In this document: in pieces, positions 53,551 through 64,000 of the stretch
How positions within the stretch are numbered: position 1 is the stretch's first letter
Layout: each line of letters begins with the position of its first letter
Assembly (NCBI RefSeq): GCF_006345805.1
Contig: NC_043000.1
Span: 119,040,001 to 119,104,000 of the forward strand
Direction of reading: 5' to 3'
Source of the DNA: Octopus sinensis
Taxonomy: Eukaryota
Length of the DNA: 64,000 nt
Program-made: the position numbers and the translations under genes
The notes under the pieces: generated by a model
Database searches by the model: none
Seen by the model: the letters and a program-made list of their open reading frames with translations, nothing else
What the model was told of the DNA's origin: nothing

Positions 53551-54460
53551 TTTTTTTTTTAGTTTCAGCTCACAAGCTGTGGCCATGCTGGGGCACCGCC
53601 ATTTGGTTTTGCTGCATGATTTTATTTCACGAATGCTTTTTAGCAAATGCCATCTGGTGCATGAGAGAGTTCGATGCAGCTGCCCTCATCTGCACCTCCT
53701 GCCGTGAAGTTGGTTCATCTGGGACACCTGACAAGAAGAGATCCAGTTTCATTTTAAAGACATCTGCATCCACTCCATGCAGATCTCTTAGGTTCTTCGG
53801 GAGGATACTGAAGAGCTGTGGGCCTCGGAAGCCCAGGCTATCACAGTATCTTGTCCTACATCTTGATGGCAAATTTGGAGTCCTTGGCACTATGCAGTGG
53901 CGCCCAGTTTTGGCATTTGTGTAACTCTCGATGCCAAAGTTTGGGACAAGTCCTTCTAGGATCTTCCAGATGTATATTATGGCATATCTTTCTCGCCTAC
54001 GCTCCAAGGAATAGAGTCTCAATCTCCTGAGTCTTTCCCAATAGCTTATATGCTGCACAGAGGCTATCTTCTTCGTGTAGCTTCGTTGGATCGCCTCAAG
54101 TTCTGTGATTAACTTGACACTGGATGGTGACCATAGCTGAGAGCAATAGTCAAAGTGGCTGAGGACAAGTGTCCTCCAGAGGACCATCATGGTTTCCTGG
54201 TCACTTGTTCTAAAAGTTCTAACAATCCATCCGGTCAGACGCCTACATTTCATTGCCAATTTAGCAACATGCACATGAAAGGTTGCATCAATACTCATGT
54301 AAATACCCAGGTCTCGCACTGATTGTATCTCTGGGAGTGCAATCCCTCCAGGTCCAGTGTATATATTAGGTATTGCATTTAATTTTGCATGCTGATAGTA
54401 TAAAGCTTGAAACTTTTCAGCATTGAACTGCATGCTATTCTTTTCAGCCCACTTGTATAT
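53551..54460 (-). mobile_element. 5'-truncated CR1/L2-group LINE (right arm only) with an uninterrupted 268-aa C-terminal ORF
   Basis: IYKWAEKNSMQFNAEKF, VRDLG, DYCSQLWSP, SLERRRERY, GVPDEPT; same family as 976-2370; A-tail at 53551-53560. Confidence 0.92.
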
Positions 54461-54531
54461 TGTATGTAATTTTCTAGATGGTGTAATTTAATTGTTCCTT
54501 TTGAATTGATAAAAGGTGGGTTTTTTCCTAA

Positions 54532-54592
<61 letters not shown>

Positions 54593-54603
54593 TATAAATA
54601 TAC

Positions 54604-54657
<54 letters not shown>

Positions 54658-54673
54658 GTATATATATATATAT

Positions 54674-54747
<74 letters not shown>

Positions 54748-54751
<4 letters not shown>

Positions 54752-55034
54752 AATTGCAGCGTGGAAGGTGTTTATAAGCCATTTAAGAAACACACAAAAG
54801 CCGTTCGATTCACTCCAACATTTAAGTTTAAGTTGTCAAAATATTTTCGTCGCTAAAATCCGCGACCTGTTCACTGACAAAGTCCGTGATGCAGCACGGA
54901 CTTTGTCAGTGAACAGGTCGCGGCTTTAGCGACGAAAATATTTTGACAAATTAAACTTAAATGTTGGAGTGAATCGAACGGCTTTTGTGTGTTTCTTAAA
55001 TGGCTTATAAACACCTTCCACGCTGCAATTGTTT
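54748..55034. mobile_element. ~285-bp fold-back palindrome (PLE-type terminus) with G3-C8 hammerhead-like motifs on both strands
   Basis: Arms invert around ATGCAG (54889-54894); related subfamily to 19518-19796. Confidence 0.75.
54902..54950 (+). ncRNA. Minimal hammerhead-like motif, G3-C8 variant; inverse copy at 54833-54881 (-)
   Basis: UUUGUCA (stem I) GUGAACA-G GUCGC-ggcuuua-GCGAC GAAAA-UA-UUU UGACAAA: 7-bp stem I, 5-bp stem II, palindromic AAAUAUUU stem III. Confidence 0.6.
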
Positions 55035-55099
55035 TCGTTTCAGCACACGATCTCAGATCAAATTACTTGCTATGCGAGTACATCTCCGTAATATATATA

Positions 55100-55141
<42 letters not shown>

Positions 55142-55627
55142 GGTCTCCCCAAGGAAATGACTAGAGACCGAGACCTATGGAAGTATGCTGTGCGTGAGAA
55201 GACCCGGCGGGACAAGTGAGACCATAACCCATGGCCTCTACCTGGGATGTAGCCAGTCGACATATGCATACCTTTCCTTCTTGGGACACAAATCTACACT
55301 TGTGAAGACCTGTTGAGGCAAGTGGAAATCAGAACCAAACTCGAAGTCGATCAACATCAATGGAAATTGCTAGCATGGAAAGCGGACGCTAAATGATGAT
55401 GATGATGATGATATATACAAACACACACATAAATCAGTATTTTTCAACTGGGGACCATATGACCTGCTAGTAGTTAGGTTCTATTGACCATCTCAACTTC
55501 CAAGTGGGATTTGTCAAACCAGTGGCTTATAGAAGCTACTTGACGTCGCTGAATTCAAGGCTGTCGAAACCCATATCACGACTACTATTAGTGTAGTTGC
55601 TATTGCCAGTTCCAGTACATTTGCTAG

Positions 55628-55684
<57 letters not shown>

Positions 55685-55869
55685 ATACTACTACTACCAC
55701 AACCACCACCACCACCAGCTTCAGTACAGTTAGTTACTTTCACCATACATATATACATATATACATACATTCATACATACACACACATGTATATATGTAT
55801 ATACATATATATATACATATACTCATACATGTATATATATATACATACACACACACACACACACACACA

Positions 55870-55907
<38 letters not shown>

Positions 55908-56527
55908 TCTTTTATTCTTTTACATGTTTCAGTCATTTGACTACGACCATGCTGGAGCACCGACTTTAATCGAGCAACTCGACCCCGGGACTTATTCTTT
56001 GTAAGCCCAGTACTTATTCTATCAGTCTCTTTTGCCGAACCGCTAAGTAACGGGGACATAAACACACCAGCATCGGTTGTCAAGCAATGCTAGGAGGACA
56101 AACACAGACACAAACACACACACACACGCATATATATATATACATATATACGACGGGCTTCTTTCAGTTTCCGTCTACCAAATCCACTCACAAGGCATTG
56201 GTCGGCCCGGGGCTATAGTAGAAGACACTTGCCCAAGGTGCCACGCAGTGGGACTGAACCCGGAACCATGTGGTTGGTAAACAAGCTACGTACCACACAG
56301 CCAAAAGGCGGCGAGCTGGCAGAAACGTTAGCACGCTGGGCGAAATGCGTAGCTGTATTTCGTCTGCCGTTACGTTCTGAGTTCAAATTCCGCCGAGGTC
56401 GACTTTGCCTTTCATCCTTTCGGGGTCGATAAATTAAGTACCAGTTACGCACTGGGGTCGACGTAATCCGTTTGTCTGTCCTTATTTGTCCCCTCTGTGT
56501 GTAGCCCCTTGTGAGTAGTAAAGAAAT
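55908..56527. mobile_element. Head-to-head SINE pair: family A (55908-56302, -) and family B (56307-56527, +), right arm only
   Basis: Both match the other copies; absent at the mirrored left position. Confidence 0.85.
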
Positions 56528-57269
56528 ATCTATATTTATATATACATATATATATATATACATATATATAAACATACTTAAAAGCACAAAATAAGAAATA
56601 ATGAAACGAAAAATTGTATTTTCCGAATGTACATATAATGCCATTTTATTTCATTATGTTTTAAAAATTAAATCAGCTAAATGCTTCCCATCATTGTCAA
56701 CACACTGTTGGAGACGTTCATGAAAGTTATCGATAACTCTATGGATCATTTCTTCTGGAATTGTGAAATGCGATTTCTTCTTTTTGGGATATTTAAAATC
56801 AAAAGTATTCAGTCATCGCCCTCAATTTATTGATGAATGAAAATGTGCAATATATATACACACATACATACATACATATATATACACGCATACATACATA
56901 TATATATAGGAATAGCCAGAATGTTATTCTTTAAAATATCTAAAGGTACGGGTGGCACAGTGTATACAAGATGCTCCTAGATCAAAACGGTTGTTCAATA
57001 AGTTTATATTATCCCTATATTTCAAAATTTGTTATATCTCCATAGAATAAAGTTCACATCCATCTCTACTATTCTTATAAGGCTGCACCTGTCTTATTAT
57101 ATACCATTTAAGCCTAAATCCGATATTTTTTCTTTCAACTCCCAAATTTTACTAGACAGCGTTATGCAACCTGCTTTATGTTTAAGTCTAAAGCTAGACA
57201 GATGGTTGTTTATACGTTTCTTCAGGTCTATAGAACATCGAAAATAAAATAGCTATTATTTGAAGTCAT

Positions 57270-58870
57270 TTCTGTACATTTATAAATTACGTTTTGGACC
57301 AGACACCGACCAGATACCAAAACTGAACTTGAAATATAAAATAACTACAAGGAAGAACTTGCGGGATATAAATTTAGAAATAAAAAAGGTTATGATGGAA
57401 TACGATTTATTTGAGAGGACAGAGCCATTAACACCGTGTGAACCTCAAATTAATCTGAGACCACAAGAAAAATTTCTGTGAGAACCCTTCTGTAAGACTT
57501 ATATGCCCAACTAAGTCGGATATTGGCCGGCTTACTAAGTCTATTTTGGACAATATTCTGCCCCATATAATCCCTAGCCTTCCTTTGAAATTATGGATTA
57601 ACACAGACATGGTAATCCATTGGTTTAAATCTTTAAATAATAATAGCGGATATTCCTTCATCCAGTTCGACATTAATAATTACTATTCTAGTATGTCTCA
57701 TATTCTCCTAAATAAATCACTCATTTCCGCTAAAAAATCCTCTTTCTCATAACTAGGGAAGAAATTGATATTATTTTACTAGCTAGGAAAACTATCATAG
57801 AATTTGAAGGAAAATTGTGGACCAGGGCTGATACCCCAAGTAATTTTGATATATCCATGGGTTCCAGTGACTCGGCGGAGGTCACTAATTTAGTAGGAAC
57901 TTATTAAAATTTTTAAGTAGAGAGATCCCTGAATTGCAAGGAGGTTTATATAGGGATGATGCATTATTCATCGTCCCTAGCAATAATAAATCGATCATTG
58001 AGAGAATAAGAAAGAAAATTAGTAGATTTTTCAAAGATTTCAACTTAAGTATTACTTATGAATATAACACTAAGATAGTTAACTTTCTAGATGTTACTTT
58101 GGATTTAAACTCGAAATTATATTACCCATATAGAAAAGATGGTGAAATTACTAGATATGTAAATAAGTTATCAAATCACCCCCCAAATATACTGAAATCG
58201 ATTGTTTAAAGTATTTCGAGAAGAATTACTAAATTATCTTCTAACAATGAAATTTGTAATTCTCACTCATATCATTACAATGTTGCCTCATCTAGAGCAG
58301 GATATAACCAGGAAATTGCCTTCCTAGATCTTGATAATACAAGCCTTTCGAATAAGAAAATGAATAAAAATGGCTCAAATAATATAGGATCTTCAACTTT
58401 AAAAAAATATGAATCAACCAAAACAGATAACCTATCATATAAACCTGATACAAATAATAGAAATGGTAGACAAGACACAAATAAGTATAAAAAGATTAAG
58501 TTAAGTTAAATAAATACAAATGAAAATATGAAAATCTCTCCCACTGATAAAAAACCTATTAAATATATGTATAAGACTGAAGATAATAACAAAACTCTGA
58601 GGGATATGGATATCACCAATCTTTCCTACCCTTACTCAAATAAAAAATTTCATAAGTACAAATATTGTATGGTTGAATATACCTTTCAACTGGGTAATTT
58701 CTACGAACATATATGACAAATTTATGTCCATACTAGAAACAAACTTCCCTGCTTCCCATAAATATTATAAAATATTTTCTCGTAAATCAGTTAGAATATC
58801 ATACTCTACTCTTCCAAATATAAGAACTATAATAGCTAGATTAAATAGGAAAAATATTAATTATTAAAAG
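57270..58870 (+). mobile_element. Decayed Penelope-like reverse transcriptase (Poseidon-type)
   Basis: PTKSDIGRLTKSIL, FIQFDINNYYSS, FDISMGSSDSAEV, GGLYRDDAL, VNFLDVTLDL, YPYRK, SNHPPNILKSI, RKSVRISYSTLPN. Confidence 0.88.
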
Positions 58871-59137
58871 ATTTAGTAATATAAATAAATTGAATGAAGT
58901 AGAATAAAATATTTTAAAATTTTCTATAACTATTACATAAATTCCATATATCTAGTGAAATTATTATGTTTTAATTGAAATGGTACTTTCCATATCTATT
59001 TCTGCAAGAATTCTACTACACCTAATTTCCCCCTTTTTTTATAAATATTACCCCTAACTGGCCTAATTTATTATACCTCATATAAACCATATTTCATTCT
59101 TGAATACTAAATTAATAATCCCTAATTCTAAAGACTT

Positions 59138-59544
59138 TCATCTTGGTTAATTCCCTTCCATTGTATTTTAAAATGTTTTAAAGGCTCTTGATATATGTGC
59201 TAATTAATATTTTTTTTGCTAGAAATTTTCTCATAAAAATTTCTTCTAAATCCCCTTAATTAATATTCAAAACCTGACAATTGAATAGATAATAATATCT
59301 TTTATTTAGTCTCTATTTTTATAATGGTCTTACAAAGTATAATGCTCACAGCAACTAAATTTTGATATTAACATGGTCCGATTTGAATTTTTTCTTCCAC
59401 GAAAGAAAGAGCAAACCTTCTTCTATCATGCTCCCAATTGTGGTCAACTTGCGCCGCACGGTTTCAGAGGAGAGTGTGTTAGTTTAAGGTTACCAAGCCT
59501 ACCACAAACACACACGCAGACAACTCCAGGTCTATAAATATAAG
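59138..59544 (-). mobile_element. Helitron 5'-end segment, direct duplicate of 33885-34289
   Basis: Near-identical over ~400 bp. Confidence 0.8.
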
Positions 59545-60029
59545 GCACATTCTGGATTAGCCTCGTATTTATATGGTTGGCTACATCACCTCTCAGATGC
59601 TGAGAGCGTGATAAAACGATAGTTGGTATGGTGAGAGGGAATGTTCTTAGGAATGAAACTTACTGTAGCATATTTCCGAAGAAGGTGATATGGTGATATA
59701 TTCCGGGACATAAAGACGGTGATGTATATGTAACTACACACGTGCTGTTGGCGATTTCTTTCTACTTCTTTGAGCTTTTCCCTTTCTACTTTCCGACGAA
59801 GAACTATGTTCGAAACGTCAAAAACTCATTTCTCCAGCGACCATGCTGGAGCACTGCCTTGAAGGGATTTAGTCCACAAAATCACCGCCAGGACGTATTT
59901 CTTAAGCCGAATACTTATTCTTATGGAATCCTTTGCCGATCCACTTAGTTGCGGGAACGTAGACACACCAACACCGGTTGGTTTTCAACGGTGATGGAAG
60001 ACAAACACAGTCAGAAAGACCACACAAAC

Positions 60030-60092
<63 letters not shown>

Positions 60093-60094
60093 CG

Positions 60095-62786
60095 AGAAAG
60101 AAGCAACAAGAATGGATAGGTTTTTAGTACAATCGTTTCATACAAGGACAGGCTTTATTAAAAGTTGTAAAAATTACAGCATATAAACGTGTCCCGTACT
60201 CATCAGCTAAAATACATGTGAGTTCTCTAGACATCCTAGTGGTTGAGGCTATACTCATGAAGTAATGTAGATAATTAAGTAACATAAACAGATTTCCAAA
60301 GTTCATTAAAGTTCTTTAAAGATGATGTACAGTCTTATCACAGAATTTTAAAAAAGTTCTAATAGCATCACAGAGAAGGTGACCTAATCCATAGAGCACA
60401 TATGAATTTCCAGAGATATGATGAGGGATTACATACTCACAGAAGACAAATTTATCCATTGTTAATCACAACGAGGTGGGTCTCAATTCCTGCTTATTAG
60501 CATTACAGAGAGGGTGAATTAATCCTTTGTATAGATGCACAATTTCCAATGGTGTAGATGTAAGTTTCCAGAGAAATGAAGAGGAATTTCATATTCACAG
60601 GCGATAAATTTATCAATGGTTGAACACAATGAGGTAGGTATCAATTCTTGTTATATGATTAGGTATTTGCCACATTAATCACATTACTGCTATTTACAAG
60701 AGGCTGTAGCTATTTAACTTATAAAGGCTGAAGGGCCTTCTGGAGAGGCCAAGAATAGAAAGGGAAGGGAATAGAAGAAAAGAGAGAAAATAAGGGAGGA
60801 GGGAGCAAAAAAAAGGGGGGGAGGGGACTAAAAGAGAAGAGAAAAGGAAAAAGAGAATAAGAAGAAGAAACAGAAAAAAGAGAAAAGAGAAAGAAATAGG
60901 GAAAGAAGGGAAAAAAATAAAAATAAAAAAGAGGGTTCTAGTTATCCAGAAGAATTAGTAGACGGCAAGTCTGGTTTTAATTTACAGGCATCTATGAACT
61001 AGAGGAGAATATTATTCTTTGGCCAGTAAAACAGTTAATTTATTGCTGTTGAAATCAGCTATGAATTTAAAGAGAATCTAAAGAGATAACACAGTCAGGG
61101 GTTTAGGGGTCAGATGCTAAAATCAAAAGAAAATACATTAGGAAAATCTAAGTATAATCTTATCAAAAAGTCAATAAAACTTACTTATTTAATTTATTCA
61201 TTTTATTGTCTTAAGGAGTTGCCGTTATTATTCATACATTGACGGACTACAGGTCAAATCTTAGAAGATCATTTACAAGGTGTTAGGGGATTGTCTATCA
61301 TAATGAAGATAATCATATTATCACCGAGGGGGTAGCCTTATTTATTTAATTTTGAAATAGAATTATGGGGCTATAGTATCTCATTTTATTTTATTAGAGT
61401 TATGCTACTTAAATTAGATTAAGTTAGGAATTAAAATTAAAAATTACAATTAAGATTTAAAATTAAGAATTTAAAAGATTATGAGTTTGAAATTAGGTAA
61501 AGCCTCAATTAAGCAGCGTATAAGTACTATTCATTTCCCTGTTCCCTAAAAACTGATGCAGATATAAGGAAAAAGATAACTGTGGTGTGAGAACTCTTAG
61601 TTATCTACTTAAAGCAGTGCTATACTAGTAGAAATCAAGTTATATCTATCTATCTAGTTACGGATATTCTAATCATTTAAAATATTTTAAAGTCTTCAAT
61701 TTAGCGTGGACACAAACTTGACCTAGTTCGATATGATTATTCAATAAGTTTCTATGTTTTCTATGCTTTAGAATTTCATACGTCTCCATGGAGCATAGTT
61801 GGCAACCAACCCTACTATTTTTATACGGAATTGCTCTCCTATTTCCCAATTAAGGTTATAATTTTTATTATTATTTTTGAGTTCCCAGATTTTGTTTGAA
61901 AGTGTGGTGGTACCAGCTTTATGACGTAAGTTAAAAGACGAGATGTGATTTCTAACTCTGGCTAGAAAATTAATTGTACATCCAACGTAAAGATATTTGT
62001 TATTCTCCGTGGATATGGTACATTTATAGATTACATTATTTTCCCCACATAGACCAGGTGCCGGGCATTTTGATTTTATTCTACACTTACACACAGGAGG
62101 AGCAACTTCAGGCTTTGGATTATTCTTGGGTAGATGTCTTAAGTTCCTATTATTTTGATTATCATTTCTATAGTTGGTGCTGATATCTAAAGTATTGCTA
62201 TTATTTATTGATCCTTCAGCTTCATCATTTAGGTTTAAAGCCCTACCATGATTTCTTATATTATTGGTAATGTTACTATTATTGTTAGTCTTTTTTTCCG
62301 ACTGCATATTGCTGTTATAAATATCACTGATATTTTCATTCTCCTTATTTTCTCCATTAGCCTTATATCTATTATTTCTATTATTAACATTATTACTTCT
62401 ATTAATATCGGCATTGTTATTATTACTATTAATGTTAATGTTATTAGTCATTCTGTGGTTACTAATTTCACCTATGTTTTGATAGTTGCTATTGTTGTTT
62501 TTATTGTTGGTAGTATTATTATAATTGCTATTGGTATTCATGCTGATATTATTATTTTTATTTCTATCTTTCCTGGCTAGTTTAATGTTTTTATTATTAA
62601 TCTTAGCTATTAAAGTGGACATATTTGGGAGGGTTGAATAAGAAATCCTAACTGTTTTCCTAGATATAATTCTATGATATCTATGAGAGATAGGGAAATT
62701 TTTTTCCAGAATTACTTTGAATTTGTTCTATATATCCGATTGTATCGCACAGTTGAAAGGGATATTCAGCCATAATATATCTTTTT

Positions 62787-62790
<4 letters not shown>
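60095..62790 (-). mobile_element. Penelope-like element 3' part: RT thumb, Asn-rich linker, GIY-YIG, long 3' region
   Basis: ILWLNIPFN..RKTVRISYSTLPNMS, CKCRIKSKCPAPGLC..NVIYKC..YLYVGCT..F..RVRNHISSF..TTLSNKIWELK..LNWEI. Confidence 0.85.
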
Positions 62791-62850
<60 letters not shown>

Positions 62851-62953
62851 CAGAGTAACCACAACAATGCGAGACAGGATCGGGAAAATAGTACCCGAAT
62901 ACCGGAGGTAGAGTAATATGCTTTATTAAAAAAGCAGCAAAAATATCACAAAG

Positions 62954-62995
62954 ACTGTTATTCAGAGTTTCACGTACCCGTTCTTCGGACAGTTT
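62954..62995 (-). ncRNA. Hammerhead-like motif (CCGAAGA variant), copy of 24026-24069
   Basis: AAACUGU CCGAAGA ACGgguaCGU GAAACucugaaUA ACAGU. Confidence 0.5.
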
Positions 62996-63583
62996 TGTTT
63001 AGAATGGAACAAAATAAGGATATTTGCATACATATACAATTACTGTTGAACATGGTTTTTGTTTCGTTGGTCCTTTGAACTAACAGTCTTTTCAATAAAC
63101 GGTTGCATGAAATTACAATTGCGGTTGAAAATCATATTATTATAATATTCGAAGAAAACCTTAAATCAAAGAAGATTATGTAGAAGGAAGAAGCCCTGAT
63201 TACCCAGGGTAAGTAATTCGTGGCAAAAAAATAGTAAATTTAAATAAATTATATCAATGAAAAGATATAAACGTTTAAAAAACTTTCACAAAGAAATAAC
63301 ATCCTGAAATACATATACATTTAGCAATACATACACATACCAAACAACCTATATAGACATACATTATATACACTAAATATACAGGCGTTGGTACCTGACT
63401 GCATACATATACAGACAAATATAGGCTATACATAAATATATACAAATGCATAAACACACACGCACATAATACCTTAGTAGACAGAGGCGAGAGAACGAAA
63501 ACGAAATGAAACTCAGAGAATAACAAGTGGTGAGAGAAAGAAAAAGGAAAAGAAGAAAAGAAATAAAAGAAAAAGAAACAAAA

Positions 63584-64000
63584 TTAGAAAGAGAAAATAG
63601 ATAGACAGTCTTTGTGCATCTCCTGGCGAAGAGTTATTGTGGAAACTGGGTTTACGAGGTGGTCTTTAAGCTCTGCAATAATTTTGGGAGCTGTACTTTT
63701 GTGATCCTTCCTAACAATTCGCATAAGAATCCGCCGGTCCCTATCTGAAAATTTTGGTTTTCTTTCGGAGTTCTGTTTCAACGAGGAGGTTTTTCCCTCT
63801 TTCTCAAAGGCTGTGATTACTTTCGAGACAGTACACCAAACATTTCGGCTGTTTTCGTTACGCCAGCGCCTGCCATACGAGCACCAACAATTTGAACTCT
63901 TTGAAAGACCGATAGATCGGTCATTTTAATGAATTTTAATTATCTTTTTCTGATGATATCTGAAAAAAAACCAGGAATTTTAGCAAAACATTAAGCAACA
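63584..64000 (-). mobile_element. Tc1 fragment, inverted copy of 22980-23402
   Basis: KQNSERKPKFSDRDRRILMRIVRKD. Confidence 0.87.

Larger units (their letters stand above)
37090..56849. repeat. Right arm of the giant inverted segmental duplication
   Basis: Reverse complement of 8154-28580 with arm-specific indels. Confidence 0.95.
59575..64000. repeat. Third, partial inverted copy of left-arm sequence (25420 down to ~22980), interrupted by a PLE
   Basis: 59575-60040 is the reverse complement of ~24960-25420; 62830-64000 is the reverse complement of ~22980-24175. Confidence 0.88.

Overview
Eukaryotic, AT-rich, microsatellite- and transposon-dense DNA. The SINE families and (TA)n/(TATG)n load suggest an octopus or related cephalopod (inference, no database check). 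The dominant structure is a ~49 kb imperfect palindrome: arms ~8154-28580 and ~37090-56849 flank an ~8.5 kb Helitron-filled spacer. Each arm carries one intact two-exon gene for a secreted protein (signal peptide, two CBM14/peritrophin-A-like chitin-binding domains, Thr-rich linker, CE4 chitin-deacetylase domain). The copies are transcribed divergently: 501 aa on the minus strand, 508 aa on the plus strand. Introns and flanks of the two arms are nearly identical, but the chitin-binding domains and the deacetylase core have diverged strongly. The right arm carries a different paralogous catalytic exon and only a 32-nt stub of the exon used by the left arm. This looks like reciprocal partition of two alternative catalytic exons plus diversifying selection. 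The rest is relic mobile DNA: CR1/L2-group LINEs, several Penelope-like elements (PLEs), three tRNA-derived SINE families, Tc1/maT and Merlin relics, and a Helitron with ~26 STPR-like 23-aa repeats. Several PLE termini, some folded back into palindromes, contain minimal type-I hammerhead-ribozyme motifs in which the core 3-8 pair covaries (U-A, G-C, C-G). Alignments were done by eye, so repeat boundaries are approximate. The ribozyme calls are structural predictions, not demonstrated activity.
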